DNA from: Lytechinus pictus
Lineage: Eukaryota
NCBI RefSeq assembly: GCF_037042905.1
Contig: NC_087246.1
Span: forward strand, 62,496,001 to 62,560,000
Direction: 5' to 3'
Length of the DNA stretch: 64,000 bases
Made by a program: the position numbers and the translations under genes. The notes below the pieces were generated by a model. It was not told the origin of the DNA, searched no databases, and saw nothing but the letters and a program-made list of their open reading frames with translations. Below, one piece after another: positions 1-13,440 of the stretch (position 1 is its first letter; each line of letters starts with the position of its first letter).

Positions 1-39
1 GAACAAAACTAGAAACATTGTGCAAGTTCTACTGTACCC

Positions 40-650
40 TTAAAGGTCAAGTCCACCCCAGCAAAACGTTGATTTGAATAAATAGAGAAAAATCAAACTA
101 GCATAACACTGAAAATTTCATCAAAATCGGATGTAAAATAAGAAAGTTATGGCATTTTAAAGTTTCGCTGATTTTTCATAAAACAGTGATGTGCACAACT
201 CAGAGACATGCAAATGAGACAGTTGATGATGTCCATCACTCACTATTTCTTTTGTTTTTTATTGTTTGAATTATACAATATTTCATTTTTTACAGATTTG
301 ACCGTAGGGACCGACTTGACTGAACCATATAGTGTCTAACAATGCTAATTCCTTATGTATAGGGAGGAATTAATTACTGTTTCTCTTGACAATGAGGAGA
401 AATTTAGAATATTTCATATATCATATAATAAAATACAAAAGAAATAGTGAGTGGATGACGTCATCAGTCTCCTCATTTGCATACCGACCAGGACGTGCAT
501 ACAACTGTTTTGTGAAATTAAGCGAAACTTTGAAATGTCATAACTTTCTTATTTTACATCCGATTTTGATGAAATTTTCAATGTTATGCTTGTTGGATTT
601 TTCTCTTCTTATTCAAATAATTTTTTTGTTGGGGTGGACTTGTCCTTTAA
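40..650. mobile_element. Non-autonomous Kolobok/T2-type MITE (TTAA target duplication, AGG termini)
   Basis: TTAA|AGGTCAAGTCCACCCC at 40 and GGGGTGGACTTGTCCT|TTAA ending at 650; imperfect inverted repeats of about 130 bp; a second copy lies inverted at 41660-42246. Confidence 0.85.
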
Positions 651-685
651 CCATTACATTTTTTATATATCTTTTTTCTTTTCAG

Positions 686-3600
686 ATGAACTGATGAAAT
701 TGAATCTGCTGATTTATGCCTGCCCTGTATGCAAGAAGTATTCCTTTGATCCTCAGCAGATGACCAATCATGCAAGGACAGCACACGAGGGTAAAGTTGG
801 TGTTATGCTTATGTTGCCGCTCCCAGACGTCAATTTACCCAAGCTTGCATCCCCACAAAAACAGCAAGTATTAGCATCACCTCCGCCAACCAGGGTTGTG
901 AGCCCGGCTGCAGAGGGAAACAAGACAATGTATCGCTGCGACAAGTGTGATAGACAGTTTGATCGTGCTAGACAGATGAATATGCACAGATGTCTCCAGA
1001 TGAACAGGAGGAAGTCATCGCCCCGCAGGGGAGAGGAAAGCACATTATCAAAATCCCCCAGTAGAGCAGAAGAAATGTTAACGCTAATGACTCCCAAAGA
1101 GAACAAGAAAGAGTCAGAATCAGAAACAGTCACATCTCACTTGGTCATTGTTGAGAATGAAGCGACAAACACTGATAAAATTAAAGAAAGTGGGGTGGAA
1201 GATGGGAAGAAGATTCCCCCAATACCTCCCAAGACTGCTACTGATCTTGTTGACACTGAATCTCCACAGCAGTTTGGAGACAGCCCTACCAAAGTAAGAA
1301 GCTTTGACGAGGATCCCATGGATAATGGCATTGATGATGATGGTGATGATGATGATGATGGTATACCACCTACACTAGGTGTCCATCTAAGTAAAGACAT
1401 ACCACCAGAGGACAGAGCTGGCACATGGAAACTCTGCAAAAGAAAACATGTGACAGGGTGGAAGTGGGAAGCACAGAAAGTGTCTGATGAAGAGATGAAG
1501 CAGATAGCTGAACAGGAAAATGAGAAAAGGGAAATGGACATGATTGAGAAGGCGAAGAATGAAAAGGAGAAGAGCAAAATGGAGAGAAATAAGGAGGACA
1601 GTGAAAAGGTAGAAGGTGAAAAAGAGGAGAGCAAGAAAGAGGAGGATGAAAAGGAGAGTGGAAAGGAGGAGAGCAAAGAGGATAAGAGCATAGAGGAGAA
1701 TAGTGAAGCTGAAGAGACACACAATCAGATAGATAAGATAGGCAGTCAGGTAAATATTCCTTCTACAGTATTGGGAGAAGATGATGATTACGAGTTTTGT
1801 GAAGATGATTATGTAGAGGATAATGATGATGATGAACCTGTTCCTTTTATACACAACCCAGAAGTGGGAAAGAAAATTGACCCTGATTCATTAATTGGCA
1901 AGTACCAAGCACTATCTGATATACTAGACGATGATATGATGAAGCAGTGGGCTAACAAGGATCCACCTACAGTTGATGAGTTAAGCAAATATATCAAAAA
2001 AGTACACGGTGGACTACAGAGTCCTAATGGGGAAGCTCTTGATTTTTTCATGTGTCTTATATGTCGCAAGGTGTTCAAGACTAAGAATGTTATGACTCCT
2101 CATATATTTTCTCACATCGGATATCGTCCTTACATGTGTGTGCAGTGCGGATACAGTTCTACTCACAAACGTGGCTGGACAACTCACATACAGAAACATA
2201 ATGATAATGAACTCAAGTGCTGGCATGGTCAATGTGTTTATGTTGGAAAGGATGCAGAGGATCTTGATGAGCATAGGAAGACCCACGCTCCATCCTTACG
2301 TTGCATTCTTTGCGATGTAAAGTTCAAAGGTCAAAGCACCATGCTTGGTCATCTGTACATCAGCCATCGGGAGGAAATCAGGGAAGGAAAAGGGAAAGAA
2401 TTCTACACATTAATGGCCACAGCTGGGCGAGCAAAGAGTCAGATTGTTTTATTTGAGTGTGATATTTGTGGGCAGAAGTGCAAGACAAAGAAGAGCTACT
2501 ACACTCATATAAGAATGAATCATGCCCCACAATCTGGCTCAAAGAAAGCTAAAGGACGAAAGAATAAAAATGGAGAAAAAAAGAAGAGGAAGAGGGTGAA
2601 GAAGCGCTCATCTTCCCGCAACTGTCCTATGTGTGGAATGGCGTTTGAAGGTGAAGTAAAATTGACACGTCACTTGAACACGCATCCTTTTATCTACCGT
2701 TGCTCTATGTGTGAAGAGAAGTTCTTGACATATGGCGCACTTAATGAGCATGTTGGATTCCACAGGGCTGATCAGGAAGGAGAGTTCAACCCTCAAGACA
2801 AAATCAATGAGAGTCTACGAAGGAGTATCTACTTGGCTGGGCAGATGGATAAAGCACTGGAAGCAGACAAGGTACAATGGGCGCAGCGCAGAACCGGAGC
2901 AGAAGCACCTAAGAGTGCGATGACAGGCTCCATCTTTGATGATTTAATGTCAAAGATCAGTATTCCTACTGAAATTGTAAGCAAAGAAGAACTAGAGGAA
3001 GTTGGGGAAGACTTTGTCAATCTGAATTACAAAAAACTGACCCCTTCCATATTACGATATATACATTTACGCTTTGGGAATGTTGAATGTGGAGTTTGTG
3101 GGAAACTCTTCCCCAAGGTTGGACTATGTAAGGATCATACTAAGAAGCATACAAAGGTGAAGGACTGCAAATGCCCCCATTGTGATTTTCAAGGTAAAAA
3201 TAAGAAGGCTCTTGAAAGTCATTTGGCCAGGGTCCACAATGAAGGTGAATCTTTCCATTGTCCTAAATGTGATACCAACATAATAGGTGCCGAGCTTTAC
3301 AAGCATCACATGAGGAGACATGCTAAAGAAGACTCTGGACCTTACACATGCACTTGGTGCAACACGGTTGAAGGGAAAAGGGAGGATATGAAGAATCATA
3401 TCATGAACACGCACCCTATGATGCCATTGGCCGAGAGTACTAAGATACTGGGACAGGGGGTTGTCATCCATAGAGAGAAGGGAGCCCCTTTCTTGGTGTG
3501 TGAGGTGTGTAATGAAACCTTCCGCCGTATTTGTGATCTTCGCCGTCACATGTGGAAACATTCTTCTGTGAAGCGATTCACCTGTGATCTCTGTGACTAT

Positions 3601-4296
3601 GGCTCTGACAAGCGTGGAAACATCATAAGCCACATGAGGAAGCACTCGACTGAGAAGCAAGCAGCCTGCCATGTCTGTGGGAAGATGTACAAGACAATGC
3701 AGAGCCTGAAGCTTCATGTCCAAACTGCCCACTTGAAGTTGAAGCCGCACAAATGTGACCTCTGTGATTATGCTGCTGCCCAGCCAGTCCATTTACGTCG
3801 GCATGTTGTCCTCCACCACAACACTGGAGAGCGCCGTCGATTCCGCTGTGCCATCTGTCCCGACTACAGGGCAACTGATCTGCAGGTTGTGAAACGGCAC
3901 TACCAGAAGAAGCATCCCAATCAGAAGATGAACCTCTCCAAGTGCTGTCCACCTGATGCATTCAACCCATCCACTATGAAGAAAGACAAACACCAGGTTA
4001 TCCAGGTGGTGCCATCTGTACCTTCTCTGAATGAAACACCTGCTGTCAATCATGACACACCGATGCTGCCTGAGTCAACTCAAGAGATGGACCATGAGCA
4101 AGTGAACCAATCTAACGAAATGGATCCCGCCATAGTTGAGGTACAGACAGAACAACATCAAGAAATTCCTCAAGACATGACAGTTGAGGTCATTCTCCCG
4201 GAGGATCAAGGCCAGCTGATTGATATCAATTCTTCTCTTCCAGATGTTATCAATGCTTTAGCTTCACTTCAAGATTCTGAAATCATCTCTCAGTAA
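686..4296 (+). CDS. Last coding exon of a multi-C2H2 zinc-finger protein (about 20 fingers, acidic/charged linker, basic NLS-like KKKRKRVKKR); upstream exons lie outside the window
   Basis: Open frame of about 1200 codons with repeated CxxC...HxxxH motifs and linkers such as HIGYRPYMC and HLKLKPHKC; polypyrimidine tract and ttttcag acceptor at 685 (phase 1); TAA at 4294-4296. Confidence 0.92.
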
Positions 4297-5155
4297 TACC
4301 CAGGTCAATTCCAAAAACATTTCTAAACTTAACAAAGACTGATTAACAATAAAACATCAAATTTATAATACTACTCAGTCAATCCAACAAAATCTATTCT
4401 TATCTAAACAATGACAAATTGAAGAAAAGAAATCATGTGCATGTTCATCAGAGTGCTGCTGGTTTGGCAAGTCAAGTATGACACTAGTCACAACACTAAA
4501 ATTATATGACTCTACGCATCCTTAAAGTTAAGTCCTCACTAAATATTACAAATATTGCAAATGGATCAAACGTAATCAGCTATATGTCAAAGACATATAG
4601 GTGAAACCTGCTTAAAGATTGTAGAAAGACTGGTGGAGTAGAAGAATATAGATAAGCAATGCAATATATTGTAAATGTTGGATAATTAGAAATATGCAGG
4701 AAGCATTCTTCATTGAATATCAATTTAATTCATTGAAAATCCAAGACAATCTTGGTTTTGAAAACCCATACAAATTATACACAAGACACAGATAAACAAT
4801 TCAGAACCTTCTTTAAAAATCAAGGTTGTTATTAATTGAAAATGACCTCTATGCAGTATTGATCAAAGTTATAGAATATGAAATGATATACAAAGAAAAA
4901 AAACTGACACAGAAACGCTGTTTCAGTTGCTGTTATAAATTTACTGAATATGATGTAAGAGGTGAAGAAAGAGAATGCTTTTTATTATTTTGTTGTTGCT
5001 ACCCTTGGAGTACAGAAATGGTGCCTGTCCATGCTGCATTGATTGAGCTGATATGAGTTGAATCAACCGGGGTAAAAGTGTCAGTTTGTTTGGTGTGACT
5101 GGGTCTTAGATGCAGAAGGCTCAGGTTATTTGAAACAGAGATACCCTGACTCCAG

Positions 5156-5288
5156 AACCCTGTAACATTAAGCTCAACGATTGATTGTGGGCTGAATTGT
5201 TATGATTGATCATACACAATAGTCAATGCAATTGATTATAGTAGAAATCGGCACTACAATCAATCACTGAGCTTTATGTTACAGAGTC
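5156..5288. mobile_element. Small degenerate MITE (Harbinger-like)
   Basis: Inverted arms ctgtaacattaagctcaacgattgattgt / acaatcaatcactgagctttatgttacag, with CAG on both flanks. Confidence 0.55.
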
Positions 5289-5752
5289 CAGAAGAATCCA
5301 CTTCTACAGTTGAGAGTCAGAAACTAGCCATGTATAACATTTTGCTTTTTGTTAACGAGAGTTGAACAGAAGCTTGTCCTATACTTGCAGTTTACTTTTT
5401 TTTGATGAACCCTGAACATGCCAGATAATTGTTGCTGTTTGGGACTTGTGTTTATGAAGCAGTGCCACTTCTCCATTATTATTCCTTTATCAAGTATAAA
5501 CGTCTATTATCGTTGCACCTCAATAAGATGATGGTTTTGTTTGTGACATTAATGGAACTTATTTACCCATTCTGACTTTTTTTATTCATGAAAAAGATCA
5601 TAAGTAGTGTGTTTACTTTTGAACATAATCTGGCCAGTGTGATGATATGTTTTATATCACTTGGTCACGCTGTTTGGCATTCTAATGAAAGCAATTTCTA
5701 GTCACATTTTAATGATATGTATTTACAAATGATACGTCATTGGTAATAATAA

Positions 5753-6043
5753 GGAGCGTTGTGGCCCAGAGGATTAGTCTCCTGACTTTGAAACAGATGG
5801 TCGTGGGTTCAAATTCCAGCCATGGCGTAATTTCCTTTGGCAAGAAATTCATCCACATTGTGCTGCACTCAACCCTGGTGAGGTGAATGGGTACCTGGCA
5901 GGAATTTACTCCTTGAAATGCCTCCACACTGTTAAGGGCTGCGGGGCTAAAGGCAGGGTAATAATATCCAAGTCCTTTGCAAACGCATAGGGGTGTTTTC
6001 TTATAATGTGATTGCGCACCACAAGAACTGCGTTATTATTATT
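5753..6043 (+). mobile_element. tRNA-derived SINE, family 1
   Basis: tRNA-like head with A box (GTGGCCCAGAGG) and B box (GGTTCAAATTCC); (TTA)n tail; close copy at 46574-46866. Confidence 0.85.
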
Positions 6044-6172
6044 AATGCAAAAGCTTTTGCCTGTTCGGAGTCACAGTTTCGCTGATGTTACTGCAACATT
6101 AGAAAGCTGCTCCAGAATCAGGAGAAATGTGACAATGCCATTTTAACAATATCAACCACAAATAGAGTACAG

Positions 6173-8211
6173 GTGGCCGTTTCATAAAGCTGTTCGTAAG
6201 TTAAGAGCGACTTTAAGAACGACTGGTGATCCTTTCTTACGCGAAAACCATCGCTAATGAATATACCATTTATCCAAGGCTCCACATTAACTTTTTTTGG
6301 TGGTGGCCCGTTCGGGCCACCAAAACCATCAAATAATTTTTTTTGGTGGCCCGATATTAAAGTTTGGTGGCCCGAAAAATATAAAGAAAAACATTAAAAA
6401 TGAATAAAACAAACTTCTGAAATATTAATTCTGCAGCCACTACCACTAAGTTCCTTTCACTTTATACATCTTGTATGTAAACCTTGTTTGCTGTTATTTT
6501 ACTTTGCTAATTGATAATTGTTTCTATCGTTGTAAAAATGAAATGATTGAAAGTGAATAAATGAATTGTATTGTTCGCAGGTTGTGTGGACTTTTTTAAA
6601 AATCTCTGTATAGAGATAATGGTAAAGTAAATAAATAGTGCATAGCAAACTCAGATAGATGTACAAAACAATGGTTTTTCCTTCCTTCCTCTTTGAATCC
6701 TAAAACCTAGATTATGCATGCCCCAAATCCAGTTTATTTCTGTTTTCTCTTTTGCAGTATATAGAAGGAGAAAATCACAGAAAAATATGCTGCAAAATCA
6801 GAACAATGCATAAAAGGGAGAAACAAACGAAAATAAATTTCAAAAAGTATATAACAAAAAGAAAACAAAAATAATAAAAGGAATTAGTGAAATAAAACAA
6901 AAGAAAGAAAATGAAGAAAGAAAAAAACAAAGAACAGGGAAAAAAAGAAAAAAAAATTAGAGAGAAAAAAGAAAAGAAAATTAAAGAAAAATTAATAAAA
7001 CAAAGTTAATATAAAAATGGGGAAAAGGGGAAAATTAAGAAGCCATTACATATATTTTTAACAGCTGTGGCAACAGTCTATTCTGACTGGAATATAATTA
7101 AAAGCCAAGCATATAATTTTCACTTACATTTTGGGAATGGCACATTTCTATTTTTATATCCTTTAGTTTGTATTATTTTATTTTCAGTAGAAACATATTT
7201 TTTAATCAGGCATATTCAATGGGAAGGGGTATAAATGGTTTAACCACTGTCAAAAAAAATGAAAGAAAAAAAAAGAAAACGGCAAAAACTATATTGGAAA
7301 AAAAGTGTGAGAAAAGTCCTTCACTATATTTGCCAAAATGTTGGAAAAAAAATCACATTTCATATCAATGAAATGCCTTCCCAAAGTATTTACTTTCTCA
7401 AGAGTGGTTTAAGAAGTCATTTATAAACAAGAAAGAAAGAAACTGTCTGTTTGTTTAAGGCTAGAAAATACACAGCTTCGAAAGAAACCAAGTATCAACA
7501 TACATACAAATGCACACGTGGGACTGTGATGTACTTGCCTATGTGTTTTTATGTGTATTAATTCATGTGGAAATCGGTCTTTTTGAGTCAAAAGAGAGGT
7601 CATAATTCCTCTTCTTAATACTTGCAAATAATCAGGGTACACCAGATTTTCGTAATATAGACTGTAGAATTTCATTTCATTGGTGTAAAAGGTGACTTTG
7701 ACTTAGATTTTCAAAGTTCTGTGGAAGATTTCTCAGCAGCAACATTTTTTATCGCAGCTCCCTGAGTCTGAATAGGCTGAGCTAGAGTTAGAGCACAGCT
7801 GTATGCAGTGGCTTCATGCAAAGCTCACGCCAGCCGGCCGGCGCGGCTGGCTGGATAATAGCTACTGTATGCTATAGCTGTAGGCCTAATATGCAAACTG
7901 TGTGTGTGTGTATTTGTGTGTAGATCAACAAAAAAGGCGCATGACGAACTGGCTTGCAATTTGAGCTGTAGAAAGTTGATAAATGCGTGCAAAATTGGGA
8001 GAAAAATTGCGCTACTTTGAAAATTATTGGTTGCCCGATTCGGGCCACCAAAACTTAACATTTTATCAATAATGGTTGCCCGAGGTGAATTTTTGGTGGC
8101 CCCGGGCCACCGGGCCACCGCTAATGTCGAGCCTTGATTTATCAAAAGAAAGGATCACCAGTGGTTCTTAAAGTCGCTCTTAACTTACGAACAGCTTTAT
8201 GAAACACCCAC
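6173..8211. mobile_element. PIF/Harbinger-like MITE (CAG target duplication) interrupted by a P-like element
   Basis: Inverted repeats of about 65 bp (gtggccgtttcataaagctgttcgtaag... / ...cttacgaacagctttatgaaacacccac), CAG on both sides; uninterrupted relative at about 59500-59684. Confidence 0.8.
6275..8136. mobile_element. Non-autonomous DNA transposon, P-superfamily-like (CAAGG...CCTTG ends, 7-bp target duplication ATTTATC)
   Basis: Termini CAAGGCTCCACATTA / TAATGTCGAGCCTTG; ATTTATC at 6268-6274 and 8137-8143; subterminal GGTGGCCCG repeats at both ends. Confidence 0.75.
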
Positions 8212-10217
8212 CAGGTGTACAATGTCGTAGGAAGGAATTAGTCAACCATTGTAGAAGACAAATTCCTTCAAGTAGGTGAATTGGTAGTTATTCAATATTC
8301 TTACACATGATAAAAGCAATGGGTTGCTGGTGGATTATAGTGAATTTGTTCATAAATTTGATGAGATATGCTATATAAATCTATATTTGTATGCTCATGT
8401 AAATATTTTTTTTGTATAAATAGACACAGTAATGAACTGTTTTCAATTGATTATCGGTAATCTGTGTTCTTCGTTTTCAGATAGAGAAGTTTGTTCTTTT
8501 TCCGATAAAATTGCTTATTTATTGTAAATGATTTTACATATATTCCCAAAGTGTACCTCAAGGAATTTTTTTCCCCCGAGTATGTGTGAAGCTGTGAGCC
8601 TTACTCCCCTATACAGTAGGACAATTTACGTGAAATTGTGGGTTTACAATGGAGCATTTGAAGCGAATACATCCCAACCTTCTTTGTTGATGAAAATACA
8701 TTACAACATCACAATTTACTTCTATGGGAATTGCCCCCTTTTAAAAATATGATTAATGTTTAACCCTCTTGTTTCTAGCTTAAAAATATTTATCTACATT
8801 CAATTTCAAATAGTGCATCTTTGATGATATTATCAATCTGCCCCCACTTGAGGTTTATGACTCTATAGATATGTTTACAAGTTTGAAGTATATTATATTA
8901 CATATATTTTGTTAAGTTCCTATTCAGTCATTTTACAGGCTACATGTGTGTTTCAATTTTTTCAATATTGAATCAGAAGTTCACTTTAGAACATTTAATT
9001 TGCACTATGTTGTGTTGGTACAATTCTTGGTTGTTGATATGTGACATGTTATTCAGGTAGATGGAGGCAGGGTGGCACAGTTATTACCCCCCCCCCTTCC
9101 CCCAGACCACATGTTTGCTGCTTCACACCATGCAAAGAGTACAATCAGTCTTGAATGTATTCAGAGGAAAGATGTTAATTTGCCATATGTTAAAAAATAA
9201 TTATAATTCTCTTTATTTTCATTTTGAAATTTTATGTCATATTTTTCCATATTCAAAACACTTGGTGAATAATTTTGGATTCAAACTTTACTCTCATCTG
9301 ATGTCCCTAATAGCATTATTAGCAATAAAATTCTGAAGTGTTCGTTTAGATTTTAACTTCAAGGAATAACCATCATTGTTCTACATGGCCTGCACTGTTA
9401 AAAAGAGACATTTTTAAAAGAGCCTTGTTTGGGTCAGACCTCCATTCAGTTGTAGAATTATTTGTAAATAGGTGTCAAACTATGACATTAGATTGTGTAG
9501 TTTGCTGTAATTAAAGAAATTGTACAAAGCTTTCCATGATCATTCCAAGTTTTGCCTTTTTGATGTGTACCACAATTTGCTCTTCAGAGCAGGCACTGAA
9601 TATTATTTCATTTAAAAAGCTATTTTGCAAGGATATCTTATGATGAAAATGGGTGTCATTACAATGTATTTTTGATTAAATGACCCAATACTATTTCTTG
9701 CAGTTATTTTAATTGTAATCATTTTTTATTGTATTAGTGTATGCTTGATTGATCCAAATCGTGCATAAAAGGCACAATTTTATGCCTCTGTCCACCAAAT
9801 AACCAGGGCTGTACACAGATTGAGCCAATTAGTATCAAACTCGCTATTCCTTATGTACATATTGAGTGGATCATAAATTTTATCATAAGAAATATGCGAA
9901 TTTCATATTCAGTTTATTTCTATTTCCATACATTTTATGATAAAGCTATCAGTCGTTCATGATAATCATACAGTTTTGATGGTTTTACACCATACCTGTT
10001 AAGATTCAAACCTGAAAATTTTACAAAACAGTGTGAATAAGGAAAGTATGTATGAAAACAAAATTAAAGGTGACTGCTAACTTTCTTTTGCTCATTGGTA
10101 TTTTGAGCAAATTTTCAGGTATGGACATATAGTAAAATGATTGTTGACTTTTATTTGAATTATGACAAATTTGGGGGTCCTCAAAACTATATTCCTTTAC
10201 ATTACCGTCCATTCTTG

Positions 10218-10412
10218 AAATGAAGATAATGATGTTGATGATGATAATTATGATTGTGATGATGAAGATTATAATGAATTTTATGCTGATGATGATAAAT
10301 GGTGATGGTGAATATAGTGATGAGGATGGCGATGAGGATTATAACTATGATGGTGATGGTAATGATAACGATTGCGGTGACTATGGTGATGGAGATGATA
10401 ATGATGGTGATG
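10218..10412. repeat. Degenerate (GAT/GGT)n microsatellite
   Basis: Run of gat/ggt/aat triplets. Confidence 0.85.
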
Positions 10413-11099
10413 AAGGTGCCAGGGTATGTTGATCCGGGATTTTGATGTGGGCCGGGGATTTGGGGGAGTGGGTGGTCCTCATTCTGCAAATAAACTGAAA
10501 TGTGACATTTTCACAAGTTAGTAATGAGGGTAATGGTTTTGAGACATTTCTTTTCCCACACTATCATTTGACTTCACTACTTGATTTGTGGGGGTAGGTG
10601 CCCCCCCCCCCTATACCACCACCTCTGGATGGTGAAGATAACATTGGTGAATCGAAAGGAGATGAAGGAATGGGTTGAAGGAGAGAAGTGAAAGAGAAAT
10701 CCAAATTGGTAAAAAATATAGAAGAGGGTAGAATAGAATATGATTGTTTGGGAATAAATCTCGTATTTACTGTGAAGTTAGTTTTGGTATAATTTTGCAT
10801 CGCGACCTAGTTTTTATTTCTTCTTTCACATTCATTTTTTGCCTATTTTTTTTATTTTCCCCTTGTCCATATTTTTCATTTCAGGATTTTCTCTTTTCGC
10901 GTCTATTCCTCTTATTATTTTTCTCCTCTTTTCCTTCCTCCTCCATTACATTCTCTTCTTTTTCTCTTCGTCGTCCTCTTCTTCTTTCTCAATTTTTCAA
11001 CTTTCTCATTGTTCTTCACCGGGGTTCTTTATTCTTTTGTCACCTCTTCTCGTCCCCGGTCTCGTTTTCCGTGCTTTGTGTTGTCTCGTCTGTCTGTCA

Positions 11100-11409
11100 A
11101 CGCTCGTAAACATTGCGTAACACCTTTTTTTCGCGGCATTCCCGTTTTGCGAGTGGTGGGTGTGTATCAGATTGTGTGTCCCATACACAAGTACATCCAG
11201 CGCTGTATTCATGTACCGTACCATGGTACTGCACACACGCTCTAGCTCCGTTGATTGCACAATACCCCTGGAAAAACGAGCGTGTGTTGTTTTGAATTGG
11301 ATCGGGGCGATGTGTACAGATTTGCATAGACGATGCAGAACTGACACGTACCGCTGCCTTTCGGCGAAGAGAAACGGTGATAAAACACTCTTAATGTAGT
11401 GAGGTAAGA
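11100..11409 (+). promoter_or_regulatory. Probable promoter and non-coding first exon of CEBPG
   Basis: Local CpG-rich patch, C/EBP-like site ATTGCGTAAC (11112), strong donor GAG|GTAAGA at 11403/11404; the next gene on + is CEBPG with an acceptor at 16366 (linkage inferred). Confidence 0.5.
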
Positions 11410-12889
11410 TCAAATATGAATGCAGTTTTCAGCTTATATGCAATTTAAGATACTATTTATCATCATGTACGAATTTAATGTGATTTAATAGTACGAGAAA
11501 TATGACATCAACCACTCCCAACTTGGTAAGCAATTGAATTGTGTCGTGTGCAGTGCTAAGCCACTGCAATGCATTTACTACATGTACATGTTCAACTTGT
11601 AGTTGTACCGGTACTCCTCGCTATATAAATCTAACTGTTAGGCCTAGATCTAGTCAGTTTTTCGCGCCTGTAATAACTTAAGTTAAGAGAAAGCTCTATT
11701 TTGTATGTGTTGAAAATTATGGAAAGGACTTTTGGGGAAAACCCTAATTTAAATTTGATCAAGAGATCAAGACCAACTTGTCTTTTTTGTCAGACATGAT
11801 GATTGCGCAATGTCAATGTTGATCACCACTTACAATGCATTTCTATCAACAATTCTTGCAAATTCAATGTATGACCAGTATCATGATCCCTGGTCATGAT
11901 CACACACTGCCTTGCCTTGGTACGTTATATATTTTAATAAAGGTACACTAATTTCTCCCGGAACTAAAGAGGGTGTTGTTGGACATATTTTTATCTGCTG
12001 CAGATGGTGCCAGCTGCCCATAAATACCATAGTTATCCAATGCTTTTTGCAGATGCCATGTTCTGACTATCTGAAGATTCTCAGTTCGCGTATGCTTTTG
12101 ACTGCTTTGGGAAGATCCCGGCAGGATGGCGCCACCTGCTGTGTGAATTGATGTCAGCAAATGTTTGGGCCAGCACTGATGAAGCCAAAACGCAGCGCAG
12201 CATACGTATATAGTGAGTGATTGTATTACCGAATGCACGTTACGTATTAATGCATCAGAAAATAATTTTGATACTCTTAAAACTTTGCAACTTAGGCCTA
12301 CATGTACTTTAAGAGGGAATTTGAATTGAAAAATTATGATATTTATATACACACTTTCAAAATCTTTATTTTCTCAAAATGACAGAATATGGTCATAATA
12401 GCTCATCGGTGAGTTTGTGAATTTTCCAACTTTTCCCACATAAAACATCTATTTTTTGTTTAGATATTTGTGTATCAATGGTGGAAGTTGGATGCGTTTA
12501 AAGAAAATATTGTGTTTGATATAATTGAATTTATGAAAATTGTTAGATAATACGATCCACTGATATACATGTACTGTAACTGTGCTGCATTATCACGTTG
12601 CGGATCATGGTAAAGATGTTGGTGAATTTAATCAAGAATTAAAAGATTGTGGAGGGGGGGGGGGTCTTATCAATGTAGATACTTTTTTATGTATTCATAT
12701 GACTTATCAAGTTCAAGTTTGTCTTTATTTATCCATATTGGAAATTTGTTTTGTTCACAACTTCAAGTCAATAAACATAAAAAATGCCATATTAAACATA
12801 TAAAACCATTAATAGTAATTCATTTTTAAGAATTATATACAGTGAAAGTAAATACTCGTTTACATCAAGACTAAAGCCATAAAGTCAGA

Positions 12890-13440
12890 AGTGTTAACAT
12901 TAATTCCAAAAAGTTACTGTAGGCCTACTGCCTCCAAAGAGGTTTAAAATACATGTGTGTTATCAGCGTTTCATTACAGTTTAAAAATTTGCTTCCAATA
13001 ATAATAGCATGAAGTATTACCATGTTAAATCTTAAAAGCTATACTGTTTTGCTGTCAAAAAGAATTAAATTAGATGTGTGTAATTAATATTTCATTACAA
13101 GCAGTTTAGCATTTCAAAAATTCATTTCGGATTCAAGCATGAAGTACATGTATTAACATAATTTCCTAAAAATTACTGTATTGTGTCCAAAAAGATTTAA
13201 ATCACATGTTTGTAATCAATATTACCTATCAAACAATTCAAAAAATTTCACTCCAAAAATAAATGCATTATTAAAAAAAATGTTTACTGTATTACCACTA
13301 AAAAGGTTTTTAGATGTGTATAATCAATATTTCATCACTAACAATTTAAAATTTCATTCCAATAATCTGCATGTAGTATAATTAACATATCAATTCCAAA
13401 AATCACTGTATTGCCTCCAGAAAGGTTTAAAATACATACA
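12890..13440. repeat. Degenerate tandem repeat, unit about 120 bp, about 5 units
   Basis: Recurring aattccaaaaa.ttactgta.tgcctcca.a.aggtttaaaatacatg and gcatgaagta motifs. Confidence 0.7.

Noticed and set aside
586-685. N-terminal extension of the 1236-aa ORF
   Set aside because: Lies in the MITE end and polypyrimidine tract; the real exon starts after the AG at 685
386-694. Similar ORFs at 386-694 and 41643-41909 suggesting a duplicated gene
   Set aside because: Both are chance frames within copies of the same MITE
768-4053. Antisense ORFs over the zinc-finger exon (and similar ones over CEBPG)
   Set aside because: Shadow frames of real coding sequence with low-complexity translations
10202-11109. 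Hydrophobic or low-complexity ORFs (also 30351-31657 and 35944-36216)
   Set aside because: Translations of microsatellite and pyrimidine-rich tracts
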